A stretch of DNA of 64,000 nt from an uncultured Collinsella sp. (GCA_937943045.1 CALEBN010000066.1:11670-75669); one strand, 5' to 3'. Positions 1 through 9,634 are shown, counted from the first letter of the stretch. Numbers and translations are program-made. Notes: generated by a model from the sequence alone, not told the origin.

Positions 1-457
1 AATTAGCAGAGTTTGCGAGGGTCTCCTGCGCGACGCGCAGCTGCGTCTTGACGGAAATGTCACGACGCTCGCCGCGGGCCTCGAGCACCAGGCCGCCCAC
101 GATAGACGGGTCGACCTGCTCGATAAGGAATACCTTGCGACCGAAGTCCTGCTCGCATTTCTTAGTGATGGTTTGACGCAGCTCGTCGTCGAGCGGGATC
201 GCCGTGGTGACGGTCACGCCCACTACATCCTCGTCTTCCTCGGCAACATACTTAAAGGCAGCTGCCACCTTGGGAAGAAGGTCGAGCTGGTCGCGCTTGG
301 ACATGGTGTCGAGCACGGCGATGATCTCGGGGCTGGCAAAAGCCAGGCGCTCGATCATCTCGAGGTCCTCGAACACATGGTTCTCGGCCTTAGCGGCTTC
401 CAGAAGGGAGCGCGCGTATGTCTCGAGCACCTTGTCCTGATAGCGGCTAGTCGGCAT
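1..457 (-). CDS. atpH: F0F1 ATP synthase subunit delta (OSCP), 3' end cut by window edge
   Basis: Reverse-strand reading from ATG at 457 gives MPTSRYQDKVLETYARSLLEAAK...VDPSIVGGLVLEARGERRDISVKTQL, typical of the delta/OSCP C-terminus. It overlaps the atpF stop and lies in atpB-E-F-H order. No stop codon before position 1. Confidence 0.85.
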   Translation of the reverse strand, partial: MPTSRYQDKVLETYARSLLEAAKAENHVFEDLEMIERLAFASPEIIAVLDTMSKRDQLDLLPKVAAAFKYVAEEDEDVVGVTVTTAIPLDDELRQTITKKCEQDFGRKVFLIEQVDPSIVGGLVLEARGERRDISVKTQLRVAQETLANSAN

Positions 458-1049
458 TCAGGCTACCTGCTTCCTGGATGTAACGCTCGATGAGCTTCTT
501 CTGCCCGGCCTCGTCCTCGAGTGCCTCGCCCACGATCTTGGTGGCGACGGCAACGGACAGGTCGGCGATGGAGCTCGCGGCACCGGCGTAGATGGACTTG
601 CGCTCGTCCTCGACGGTCGTATGGGCCTTGGCGATAATCTCCTCGGCCTCCTTGTGAGCAGCCTCGATGATACGGGCGCGCTCGGACTCGGCGTCCTTAC
701 GGGCCTCGAGAACAATGTCAGCAGCCTGACGACGGGCGTCGGTGACAATCGAGTCGGACTCAGCGCGCTTGGCGATAGCCTCCTGCCTGGTCTTCTCGGC
801 CTCGTCGAGGCTCTCCTCGATCTTCTTGCCGCGCTCCTCCATGGTTTTCATGATGCCCGGCAGGGCGACCTTGGCCAGCACGATCCAGATAATCAGGAAG
901 GCGATAAGCGCCGGGATGAACTCCGCCATCTTAGGGATGAGGATGTCCGCACCGGCAGCGCCGTCCTCGGCGAACGCGGAAACCGGCATGAGCAGCGCGG
1001 CCGCGGACGCGGAGAGTGCGATCGCGCTCTTCTGGGATGAAAGATTCAT
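447..1049 (-). CDS. atpF: F0F1 ATP synthase subunit b
   Basis: 200 aa with an N-terminal TM helix followed by a long charged Ala/Glu/Lys/Arg-rich helix. Position between atpE and atpH. Confidence 0.9.
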   Translation of the reverse strand: MNLSSQKSAIALSASAAALLMPVSAFAEDGAAGADILIPKMAEFIPALIAFLIIWIVLAKVALPGIMKTMEERGKKIEESLDEAEKTRQEAIAKRAESDSIVTDARRQAADIVLEARKDAESERARIIEAAHKEAEEIIAKAHTTVEDERKSIYAGAASSIADLSVAVATKIVGEALEDEAGQKKLIERYIQEAGSLNAD

Positions 1050-1064
1050 ACTTGACGCTCCGTG

Positions 1065-1259
1065 CTATTTAACGATCAGCGCGACAACGAAGCCGATCAG
1101 AGCCAGAGCCTCGCCGAAGGCGGAGCCCATGATGAAGACGGTGAACACGCGGCCCTGGACCTCAGGCTGACGGGCCATAGCACCCGTAGCACCCAGAGCA
1201 GACAGGCCGATAGCAAGACCAGCGCCGATAACACCGAGACCGTAACCGATAACTCCCAC
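1065..1259 (-). CDS. atpE: F0F1 ATP synthase subunit c
   Basis: 64 aa two-helix Gly/Ala-rich proteolipid (GAGLAIGLSALG...ARQPE...). GTG start preceded by AGGAGG. Confidence 0.92.
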   Translation of the reverse strand: MGVIGYGLGVIGAGLAIGLSALGATGAMARQPEVQGRVFTVFIMGSAFGEALALIGFVVALIVK

Positions 1260-1383
1260 GATTCCTCCTTTGTCGTGCGTGTCTTATTTCACGCAGGATA
1301 ACCTTTTTATAACTGCCGGGCTCCATGGGTACGGGCACCGGCGGTTTAACGAATTGCCTTACCTTTAAGGCGCGAACGGAAGA

Positions 1384-2187
1384 CTACTCCTCCTCCGCGA
1401 CCTCCTCTGCCTCGGAGACATACACGGCGGTAAGGACCGTGAAGACGTAAGCCTGGATGGCGCCGACCACAAGCTCGATCGCATAGATCAGGATGAGGAT
1501 GGCAAGCCAGGCCAGCGAAGGCAGGGCGCCGACGGCGTGGGCCGCGGAAACCTGCTGAAGCAGCGGCTGCATGAACATGCTCGCCATGATGGCGAACGAG
1601 CCCATGACCACGTGTCCTGCGAACATGTTGCAGAACAGACGGACGGCGAGCGTGATGAGGCGCAGGAAGGTCGAGAAAAGCTCGACGACCCACACAAGCA
1701 CGTTCATCGGGAAGCTCACGCCCTGCGGGGCGAGGCTCTTGATGTAGCCGATCACGCCGTGAGCCTTGCATCCGTAGTAGATGAAGTACACGAAGGCGAA
1801 GATGGCGAGCGCGGCGGTGGAGCCGATTGCGCCGGTGCCGGGCTTCATTCCCGGGATCAGGCCGATCATGTTGTTGATCAGGATGAACAGGAAAAGCGAG
1901 CACAGGAACGGGAAGTGCTTCTTCCAGTTCTCACCCACGACGCCCTTGCCGATATCGTTCTCGACGTACTCGATGATGTACTCGAAACCGTTGACGAAGA
2001 AGCCCTTGGGAACCAGGGTCTGCTTCTTCTTGAACACGGCCAGGACGATCAGGAGCACGATCGTGGAGACGATCAGCCAAAACGAGTACTGCGTGATGCC
2101 GCAGCTTAGATCGCCCACGACGGGGGTGGAGCTGAACTCGCTGACCAGATGATTAATCTCATCAGGCAGCTTTTCAAAAATTTCCAC
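1384..2187 (-). CDS. atpB: F0F1 ATP synthase subunit a
   Basis: 267 aa polytopic membrane protein with a subunit-a like C-terminal region (LRLITLAVRLFCNMFAGH). GTG start with AAAGG Shine-Dalgarno (SD) sequence. Confidence 0.9.
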   Translation of the reverse strand: MEIFEKLPDEINHLVSEFSSTPVVGDLSCGITQYSFWLIVSTIVLLIVLAVFKKKQTLVPKGFFVNGFEYIIEYVENDIGKGVVGENWKKHFPFLCSLFLFILINNMIGLIPGMKPGTGAIGSTAALAIFAFVYFIYYGCKAHGVIGYIKSLAPQGVSFPMNVLVWVVELFSTFLRLITLAVRLFCNMFAGHVVMGSFAIMASMFMQPLLQQVSAAHAVGALPSLAWLAILILIYAIELVVGAIQAYVFTVLTAVYVSEAEEVAEEE

Positions 2188-2190
2188 GAC

Positions 2191-2577
2191 TTACCTTTCG
2201 ACCTCATGAGGATCTCGCAGCGCCTTGGCGACACGAACCGTGCAGGCGACCATAAAGGCCACGAAGCCGATCGCCTCGCCCAGGAGGAACATGCGAAATG
2301 CCTCTCCGAACAACACAAACACAACCAAGGTAAAGACGAGCAGGGCGATTGCCGAGACCGCCAGACTCACCATACCCTTGAGCATGTCCGCATTCTGCTT
2401 ATCGTCAAGAACCGGCTTGAGCGTAAAGACAAAGGGAAGGAAGGCAATTGCGCCCGCGATGGCGCCTGCAACGATAGCGAGCAGATCGGCTATCTGAAAC
2501 ACTGGCGTCCTCACTTTCCTTTTTAACGCCTCACAGAACAGTTCCCGCCAAACATTGGTGACTATTGTACGAGCCAA
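2191..2577 (-). CDS. small membrane protein at the head of the atp operon (AtpI/AtpZ-like by position)
   Basis: 128 aa with 3-4 predicted TM helices, ending 4 nt before the atpB start. Named from position only. Confidence 0.5.
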   Translation of the reverse strand: MARTIVTNVWRELFCEALKRKVRTPVFQIADLLAIVAGAIAGAIAFLPFVFTLKPVLDDKQNADMLKGMVSLAVSAIALLVFTLVVFVLFGEAFRMFLLGEAIGFVAFMVACTVRVAKALRDPHEVER

Positions 2578-2782
2578 TCGCTAAAGTACAACCGTAAAAA
2601 CATCGGTTAATACGCACCTGTTCGTTTTCTTAAGACCTTCTTTATGCCGCAGGTAGGTAATACGTTTTTCTCGAACCCCTCTGGGCTAAACGTCCGTTAA
2701 CAGGAGTGCGCGTGAACGTCTTTTGCTCGCCCGCGCGCACCATTTCTTCGTATTTGTGACCGTAGCCGACAAGGCCCGATGA

Positions 2783-3430
2783 CTAGAGCGTGCCGTAGAT
2801 GCGGTCGCCGGCGTCGCCGAGGCCGGGAACGATGTAGGCAGCCTCGTTGAGATGGTCGTCGATGGCGCAGGTATAGATATGCACGTCGGGGTCCTTCTCA
2901 GTCAGCGACTTGAGGCCCTCGGGGGCCGCGACGATGCACAGCATGCGGATGTCCTTGACACCGCGCTCGCGCAGGTAGCTGATGGCCATCTCGGCAGAAC
3001 CGCCCGTGGCGAGCATGGGGTCGACGACCAGGCAGATGCGCTGGTCGATATCCTTGGGCATCTTGCAGTAATACTCGTGCGGCTCGTGGGTGACCTCGTC
3101 GCGCTCCATGCCGATGTGGCCCACGCGAGCGGAGGGCACCAGGTCGAGGATGCCGTCGACCATGCCAAGACCTGTACGCAGGATGGGGACGATGGCGAGC
3201 TTCTTGCCGGCAAGCTGCTTGAACGTGGCGGTTGTGATGGGGGTTTCGACCTCGACGTCTTCCATAGGCAGGTCGCGCATGGCCTCGTAGCCGTCAAAAA
3301 GCGCGAGCTCGCGCACGAGCTGACGGAACTGGTTGGTGCCGGTGTTTTTGTCGCGCAGGATCGACAGTTTGTGCTGGACGAGTGGGTGATCGACAAGGGT
3401 CACACGGGACGTATCGTAGGTGACGGTCAT
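2783..3430 (-). CDS. upp: uracil phosphoribosyltransferase
   Basis: [30 protein letters not shown]...[12 protein letters not shown]...[16 protein letters not shown], the classical Upp motifs. Start moved to the internal ATG at 3430; the longer ORF extension looks non-coding. Confidence 0.93.
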   Translation of the reverse strand: MTVTYDTSRVTLVDHPLVQHKLSILRDKNTGTNQFRQLVRELALFDGYEAMRDLPMEDVEVETPITTATFKQLAGKKLAIVPILRTGLGMVDGILDLVPSARVGHIGMERDEVTHEPHEYYCKMPKDIDQRICLVVDPMLATGGSAEMAISYLRERGVKDIRMLCIVAAPEGLKSLTEKDPDVHIYTCAIDDHLNEAAYIVPGLGDAGDRIYGTL

Positions 3431-3552
3431 GGGTTGATGCCCCTTTCGTTTCGGCCGGAAGATGGCCTTGCTGACAAGGCGCATGGCGACGTTGTTGCCT
3501 CGCGCCGTGCATAAGTTTAACGGTTTGTTGTATCGAGTGCCCCGTCGCAGCC

Positions 3553-5094
3553 CTATTGAGCGGTGCTGAGCGAACGCCTGACCGCATCGTGCCAACCGTC
3601 CAGGTTGTGCTCGCGACGCTCAACGGACATATGGGGATGAAATGTCTTGACGATCTGGGTGTTTTGCTCCAGCTCCTCCAGATCCTCCCAATACCCAACC
3701 GCGAGGCCCGCCAGATACGCGGCACCGATCGCCGTTGTCTCCACCGACTCACATTGCAGTACGGGGATATCCAGCAAGTCCGCCTGGAACTGCATGATGA
3801 ACTCGTTGCGCGAGGCGCCGCCATCGACGGACAGGCGCTCAATCGAAAGACCCACGTCCTGCTCCATGGCACGCAGCACGTCATAGCTCTGATAGGCCAT
3901 GGACTCGCAAGCGGCACGCACGATGGTCGCGCGACTCGAGGCGCCGGTCAAACCGCATACGATGCCGCGGGCGTGCGCGTCCCACCAAGGTGCACCCAAG
4001 CCCGCGAAAGCGGGAACGAAGTAGCAGCCCTCGTTGTCGCTGATCGAGGAGGCGAGCCGTGCCGATTCGGATACGTTGGAGATAACGCCCATGTTGTCGC
4101 GCAGCCAGTTCATCGTTGAGCCGGCGGCAAAAATAGAGCCCTCGAGCGCATAGCTGACCTTGCCGTTCGCAGCGATACCGATGGTGGAGACCAGGCCATT
4201 CTTGGATTCGACGATCTCGTCGCCGGTGTTCATGAGCATAAAGCAGCCCGTGCCATAGGTGTTTTTGGTCTGGCCGGGATGGAAGCAGCAGTGACCGAAC
4301 AGCGACGCCTGCTGGTCACCCGCCACACCCATGATGGGCGGCATGTTGGTCATGATGTCGCTCGCGACGCGGCCGTAGTCGCCCGAGCTCCAGCGAACCT
4401 CGGGCATCATGGCACGCGGGATGTCGAAGAGCGCCAGCAGGTCATCGTCCCAGTCCAGCGTATGAATATTGAAGAGCGCTGTGCGGCTGGCATTGGTGTA
4501 GTCGGTGGCAAAGGTTTGGCCGCCGGTGAGGTTGTAGATGAGCCAGGTATCGATGGTGCCAAACATGAGGTCGCCCGCCGCCGCGCTCTCGCGTGCGCCG
4601 TCAACGTTGTCGAGAATCCACTGCACCTTGGAGGCCGAGAAATACGGGTCGAGCGTAAGGCCGGTGCGGGAACGCACCAGCTCCTCGCAGCCCTGCTCGA
4701 CCAGCTCGTCGATCAGAGGTGCGGTGCGACGGCATTGCCACACGATGGCGTTATAGATGGGTTGGCCGCTTATGCGGTCCCACACCACCGTGGTCTCGCG
4801 CTGGTTGGAGATACCGATGGCGGCGATGCGATCGGAATGGATGCCGCTCTTAAACTGGACCTCCATCATCACGCCGATCTGGCTGGCAAGCACCTCCGTG
4901 GGATCCTGCTCCACCCAGCCGGGGCACGGGAAGCTGGTTTTGACGCTACGACGCGCCTGGGCGACAATGCAGCCGTACTCGTCGACGATGGTCGCGAGTA
5001 CCGAGGTGGTGCCGCAGTCGAGCGCCATGATGTAGGAACCGCCAAAGCTAAACGAGGCGTCTTCCATACCCAGGCTACCTAGATTCAACGACAT
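3553..5094 (-). CDS. glpK: glycerol kinase
   Basis: 513 aa with FGGY kinase motifs ([46 protein letters not shown]). SD AAAGGTG sits before the ATG at 5094. Confidence 0.93.
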   Translation of the reverse strand: MSLNLGSLGMEDASFSFGGSYIMALDCGTTSVLATIVDEYGCIVAQARRSVKTSFPCPGWVEQDPTEVLASQIGVMMEVQFKSGIHSDRIAAIGISNQRETTVVWDRISGQPIYNAIVWQCRRTAPLIDELVEQGCEELVRSRTGLTLDPYFSASKVQWILDNVDGARESAAAGDLMFGTIDTWLIYNLTGGQTFATDYTNASRTALFNIHTLDWDDDLLALFDIPRAMMPEVRWSSGDYGRVASDIMTNMPPIMGVAGDQQASLFGHCCFHPGQTKNTYGTGCFMLMNTGDEIVESKNGLVSTIGIAANGKVSYALEGSIFAAGSTMNWLRDNMGVISNVSESARLASSISDNEGCYFVPAFAGLGAPWWDAHARGIVCGLTGASSRATIVRAACESMAYQSYDVLRAMEQDVGLSIERLSVDGGASRNEFIMQFQADLLDIPVLQCESVETTAIGAAYLAGLAVGYWEDLEELEQNTQIVKTFHPHMSVERREHNLDGWHDAVRRSLSTAQ

Positions 5095-5107
5095 CGCTTA
5101 CACCTTT

Positions 5108-5851
5108 CTATTGCATCGGGTCGGACAGGACCCGCTCGATCTCTGATGCGGGAAGTGCGCCTTGGCGCAGGATCTGGAGTTCGCCATGCTTAAACGCCAC
5201 GATGGTCGAAGCGTCGCGGCACGGGGTCTCGCCCGCGTCGACGGCCACATCGACCCCCTCCAGAATGCGGTCCTCAACGTCGGCAAAGCTTGCCGGCGCG
5301 GGCGCGCCGTGCGTGTTGGCGCTGGTGCAGGCAAGCGGACTGCCGCACGCGCGGATGAGCGCTTGGACCACGGGAGAGGCCGACGCGCGAAGGGCCACCG
5401 TGTCGTCGGCAGCGCGCATAAAAGTCGGCACGCAGGGGGCCGCCTTGACCACGATAGTCAGGGCGCCCGGCCAGCATCGTCGCGCGAGTACGCGAGCATC
5501 TTCCGGGATATCCACGCCATAGCGGTCGAGTGCTTCGACGCCATCGACCAGCCAGGCGACGGTTTGCGTGAGTTCACGTTGCTTGAGAGTGAAGATACGG
5601 CGATAGCCGGTGCCGAGTGCGGGCACCGCGGCGCCATTGACGGCAACCTGCGGATCGCGCGGCCACGGCAGAGATTCGCTTGTATCTTGGGGCAAGGCGT
5701 CCGAGAAAGCGCTGACTGCCACAGCGACACCATAGACGGTCTCGGTCGGGATCAGGGCCAAGCCACCACAGCTGAGTACCTCGGCCGTACGCTCGACGGC
5801 GAGCCGATGCGGCTCACGCGCTCCCTCGAATACCCGATAGACCGTCTGCAT
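5108..5851 (-). CDS. tsaC: L-threonylcarbamoyladenylate synthase family protein (YrdC/Sua5/YwlC-like)
   Basis: 247 aa with LIPTETVYGVAV and SANTHG motifs. Conserved neighbourhood with prmC/prfA, as in the Bacillus ywlC region. Confidence 0.75.
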   Translation of the reverse strand: MQTVYRVFEGAREPHRLAVERTAEVLSCGGLALIPTETVYGVAVAVSAFSDALPQDTSESLPWPRDPQVAVNGAAVPALGTGYRRIFTLKQRELTQTVAWLVDGVEALDRYGVDIPEDARVLARRCWPGALTIVVKAAPCVPTFMRAADDTVALRASASPVVQALIRACGSPLACTSANTHGAPAPASFADVEDRILEGVDVAVDAGETPCRDASTIVAFKHGELQILRQGALPASEIERVLSDPMQ

Positions 5852-5985
5852 GCGTATGCCAGCCCCTTACGCTCTGGTGAAAGTTTGTTTACTGAGGGGC
5901 ATTCTCGCACGAAACGTTCAACCTATTTGCCCAGAGCGCATGTTGGTTTGGTGAGCGGCTCTAGTAGTCGGTGAAAGTGAGGGGG

Positions 5986-6432
5986 TTATTGGACTGCGAC
6001 GAACTTCTTTGGCCTGCCGGCGTGGCGTTCTTGGGCGGCGTAGCGCTCGATGCTGTCTATCGTTATCATCCGACGGCCGTCGACGAGTTCAACATCGAGC
6101 TTTCCTGCTTTGACCAGCGCGGTAATCCGCGGAGCGGAGACTTTGAGGTCCAGCGCTGCGTCTTTAAATGTTCGGCACGCCGCTTCCCGAGCGTCATCGT
6201 GGTCGATTTCGACTGAAAGGGCCACGACCTCGGCCGAGCGTTCGTATCCTGCCGGAGTCAAACCGTTGTTGAGGTCGTCGGCCAAAAACGCCATCAGTGC
6301 CTCGGTGGCATGGGCAATCGCTTCTTCGCGCGTGTCGCCATCGGCAAAGGCGCCAGGAATCTGCGGGAAGCTAGCGCAGTAACCGTCGTCTTCTTTTATG
6401 AGAACGCAGTCATAGGTAAATCGCTGCCTCAT
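5986..6432 (-). CDS. hicB: HicB family antitoxin
   Basis: N-terminus (YDCVLIKEDDGYCASFPQIPGAFADGDTREEAIAHATEAL) matches the HicB/UPF0150 fold, with a C-terminal DNA-binding-like tail. Start set at the ATG preceded by GGAGG. Sits directly downstream of hicA. Confidence 0.8.
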   Translation of the reverse strand: MRQRFTYDCVLIKEDDGYCASFPQIPGAFADGDTREEAIAHATEALMAFLADDLNNGLTPAGYERSAEVVALSVEIDHDDAREAACRTFKDAALDLKVSAPRITALVKAGKLDVELVDGRRMITIDSIERYAAQERHAGRPKKFVAVQ

Positions 6433-6443
6433 TTTGCCTCCAA

Positions 6444-6629
6444 CTACCATCCAGCTTGGCGACGAATACTTGCCCACGTGCCCTTCTTTGGTCGATCACC
6501 ACCAGAGCCGTTCACGGTGACAACACGGTCGCCAGAAACATATTTAGCATGACTACCGACTTGCGCGACCTTCACGAATCCATCGTGCTTGAGTAGGGCA
6601 ATGATCTCCCGAAAGGTAGGAGGTTGCAT
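6444..6629 (-). CDS. hicA: HicA family mRNA interferase toxin
   Basis: 61 aa, FREIIALLKHDGFVKVAQVGSHAKYV...GTWASIRRQAG, the typical HicA pattern. Confidence 0.85.
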   Translation of the reverse strand: MQPPTFREIIALLKHDGFVKVAQVGSHAKYVSGDRVVTVNGSGGDRPKKGTWASIRRQAGW

Positions 6630-6653
6630 GGGCCGACCTCTTTCAGCCGTCCT

Positions 6654-6673
6654 AATTATAAACTACTTTATAA
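6654..6673. promoter_or_regulatory. palindrome ATTATAAA-CTAC-TTTATAAT upstream of hicA (candidate -10 / HicB operator)
   Basis: 8-bp perfect inverted arms 25 nt upstream of the hicA ATG, containing TATAAT on the gene strand. Confidence 0.4.
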
Positions 6674-6697
6674 TTTTTGCTAATCAGTTAATAAATA

Positions 6698-7948
6698 TTA
6701 CTGGCGCTGTTTGGGCTCGGTGACGATGGCTCGAACGATGCGGGGACGATCGGTGAGGTCGCGGACGATGCGCACGTCCGAGAGACCCGCCTGGCGGCAG
6801 AGCTCGGCGGCGGCGTCGAGGGCACCCTCGTAGAGCTCGCAGGCAAACAGGCCGCCGGCGCGCAGCATGTAAGGCGCCGCATTGAGCAGGCGGCGGAAGA
6901 TATCGAGGCCGTCGGCACCGCCCTCGAGCGCCAAATCGGGCTCGAAGTCCTTAACCTCGTGCGGCAGCGAGCGCATGACGTCGGTCGGAATGTAAGGCGG
7001 GTTGGAAACGAGCACGTCAAAGGTGCCCCACTCTTCGCGGGGAATGGAACTCACCAGGTTGGTGAGGCTAAAGGCAACCTCATCTGCCGTGAGGCCGAGG
7101 GCATCGCGGTTTTTGGTGGCCAGATCGATGGCGCGCGGCTCGATATCGGTGGCGGTGCAGGTGACGTGGCCGCGGCGCTCCCAGGCAAGGGAGAGCGAGA
7201 TGCAGCCTGTGCCGCAACCGACCTCGAGAACGCGGGCGATACGGGGCTCGACCGGCGCGGGCGAGGCGGCATCCTGAGCTGAAGCCATCTCCTGGTCGGC
7301 GCCCTCGATGGCGATGCCGTATTCGTCGAGCTCGGGTTCGGCGGCTTCCGCGGCTTCGGCTTCTGCTGTCTGCGTGGCGGCTTCCTCGGCCTCGCGGTCG
7401 GCCAGTTCTTCGGCATAGGCACGACTGCCCAACACATCGCTACCCAACGCCGCCTCGTCGGCAGCCGTGAGGTTGGCGGCACGGCGCTCGGCCGTCGCTC
7501 GCTCGTCGGCCAATGCGACTTCGGCCTTGCGCGCTTGCTCGACTTCATCGTTCCAGGGCAGCTCAACGCGCTGACGGGCAGCAGCCTCGGGGCTCAGCAC
7601 CTCGGCATCCAGATAATTGAGGACTTCCTCGACGAGCATCTCGGTCTCGGGACGCGGAATGAGCACACCGGGGGCGCATGCGACGTCGATCATGCGGAAC
7701 TGCGTGCTGCCGGTGATGTACTGCAGCGGCTCGCCCTTGGCGCGGCGGACGACCGCCGCATGCATGGTCTCGAGCTGCGCCGCATCGAGCGTCTCGTCCA
7801 TACGCATATATAAGTCGATGCGCGCCAGACCCGTGGCTGCGCACAGCAGCCATTCGGCAGAAAGACGGGGATGCTCCTCACCGCGCTCGGCCAGGTACTC
7901 CTTGGTCCACTCGAGACAACGCTTGATGGTCCAGATCTCGTTTGCCAT
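6698..7948 (-). CDS. prmC: peptide chain release factor N5-glutamine methyltransferase with a ~120 aa acidic insertion
   Basis: N-terminal HemK domain, PRPETE, then VLEVGCGTGCISL and the NPPY motif (SNPPYIP). Start set at the ATG at 7948, preceded by GGGGAGGA. Confidence 0.85.
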   Translation of the reverse strand: MANEIWTIKRCLEWTKEYLAERGEEHPRLSAEWLLCAATGLARIDLYMRMDETLDAAQLETMHAAVVRRAKGEPLQYITGSTQFRMIDVACAPGVLIPRPETEMLVEEVLNYLDAEVLSPEAAARQRVELPWNDEVEQARKAEVALADERATAERRAANLTAADEAALGSDVLGSRAYAEELADREAEEAATQTAEAEAAEAAEPELDEYGIAIEGADQEMASAQDAASPAPVEPRIARVLEVGCGTGCISLSLAWERRGHVTCTATDIEPRAIDLATKNRDALGLTADEVAFSLTNLVSSIPREEWGTFDVLVSNPPYIPTDVMRSLPHEVKDFEPDLALEGGADGLDIFRRLLNAAPYMLRAGGLFACELYEGALDAAAELCRQAGLSDVRIVRDLTDRPRIVRAIVTEPKQRQ

Positions 7949-8339
7949 GGGGTCCTCCCCTCTTAAGCGCCGGGCGGCGCGCGAATGTCGGAGCAGATTG
8001 TACGCGAGGTCAGCGCTTGGCAAGGGACGATTGAAGGCGATTATCGAGAATCAGCCCAGAATTTTGCACCGGGCTCGCTCAAAGTGTTCATTCGCCGACG
8101 TCTAGATTTGCATTCGTCAAGCTTTTGGCAAGCTTGCCCTTAACCTGACCAATATCTAACCAAACGCTTGCCACATCGCTTGACGCGCGACGCGTCAAAA
8201 ATCACCCCGCGACTTCTTGGACGATTTTTCGAGCAATATTTTCAATAACAGATGCACGCCGTTGATTGCTTTAAGCAGATAAACAGCTTAAAGGCCATCA
8301 AAGCCGATTGAGTAACATCTCAAAGCAATGTGCCCAACC

Positions 8340-8562
8340 TAGTCATTTAAGAACGTCCCCAATGACTAAAGGGATCATTCAAGTGCCAACCAAGATAACG
8401 CCGATGTCTTGGCAATGCCAGCGAGCGGGTCGCATTTGAGGCAAGGTGACGTGAAACGAAAGGGCGCAGACCTTCTGGTCGCGCCCTTGAAGTTGAACGT
8501 CAGATTGTCCAAATGCGGCCCGCGCAGCGTCGGCTGGTCCGCCGTTCGGTAGAACGGCGGAA
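8340..8562 (-). ncRNA. structured repeat element, family 1, copy A (candidate ncRNA, identity unknown)
   Basis: Long imperfect hairpin (outer arms 8426-8441 / 8509-8522, apical GGGCGC-AGACC-TTCT-GGTC-GCGCCC at 8461-8487) plus flanking blocks shared with copies at 23323-23485 and 38300-38525. Confidence 0.45.
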
Positions 8563-8566
8563 CCCA

Positions 8567-9634
8567 CTACACGGCCTGTGCCAGCTTCTCGGCTCGCTCG
8601 GCGGCGGCGAGCGCCTCGATGACGGTGCCGAGCTGATCGCCCAGAAGGACGCCGTTGTAGGTGGAGTTGAAACCGATGCGGTGATCGGTCACGCGGTCCT
8701 GGGGCTGGTTATAGGTACGGATCTTCTCGGAACGGTTGCCGTGGCCAATCTGGCTCTGGCGCTCGGCGCCGAGCTCGGCCTGCTGCTTCTCGAGCTCCAT
8801 CTCGTACAGACGGGCGCGCAGCATCTGCATGCAGACCTCGCGGTTCTGAATCTGGGAACGCTGCTCTTGCGACTGCACCACGGTGTTGGTGGGCAGGTGG
8901 GTGATACGCACGGCGGAGTAGGTGGTGTTAACGCACTGACCGCCAGGGCCCGAAGCGCAGTAAGTGTCGATACGCAGGTCGGACTGGTTGATCTGGACGT
9001 CAATCTCCTCGGCCTCGGGAAGCACGGCGACGGTTGCCGTTGAGGTCTGGATGCGGCCCTGGGACTCGGTCTTGGGAACGCGCTGGACGCGGTGCACGCC
9101 GGACTCGAACTTCATGACGGAGTAGACGCGGTCGCCCTCGACCTTGAACTCAATGGACTTAAAGCCGCCGGCCTCGCTGGGGCTGGAATCGAGCACGGTA
9201 GTCTTCCAGCCGCGCGACTCGCAAAAGCGCTGATACATCTTGTACAGGTCGCCGGCGAAGATGGCCGCCTCGTCGCCACCGGCGGCGGAGCGAATCTCGA
9301 CGATGGTGTTCTTGTCGTCGTTGGGGTCACTCGGGATGAGCATGTACTTGATGTCTTCCTCGAGCTGGGGAAGCTTTTCCTCGTTCTCGGAGATGTCCAT
9401 CTGGAGCATCTCCTTCTCGTCCGCATCGCTGGTGTCGCGGAGCATCTCCTTGGCGGCCTCGATGTCATCGAGCGCGCCGATGTACTCGCGCGAGGCAGCG
9501 ATGAGGTCGGACTGGTGTGCGTACTCCTTGTTGAGACGCGTGAACTCCTTGATGTCGGAGGCGACGGCCGGGTCGGAAAGCTTCTTCTCGAGCTCCTCGT
9601 AGGCCTTGATGATCTTTTCGAGCTTGTCGCGCAT
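8567..9634 (-). CDS. prfA: peptide chain release factor 1
   Basis: 355 aa with GGQ motif (SGPGGQCVNTT) and an RF-1 type PxT region (RVPKTESQGRIQTST). Confidence 0.95.
   Translation of the reverse strand: MRDKLEKIIKAYEELEKKLSDPAVASDIKEFTRLNKEYAHQSDLIAASREYIGALDDIEAAKEMLRDTSDADEKEMLQMDISENEEKLPQLEEDIKYMLIPSDPNDDKNTIVEIRSAAGGDEAAIFAGDLYKMYQRFCESRGWKTTVLDSSPSEAGGFKSIEFKVEGDRVYSVMKFESGVHRVQRVPKTESQGRIQTSTATVAVLPEAEEIDVQINQSDLRIDTYCASGPGGQCVNTTYSAVRITHLPTNTVVQSQEQRSQIQNREVCMQMLRARLYEMELEKQQAELGAERQSQIGHGNRSEKIRTYNQPQDRVTDHRIGFNSTYNGVLLGDQLGTVIEALAAAERAEKLAQAV

Noticed and set aside
8379-8567. A 62-aa minus-strand ORF downstream of prfA
   Set aside because: It lies entirely inside the family-1 hairpin element. 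Homologous copies B and C do not preserve the frame.
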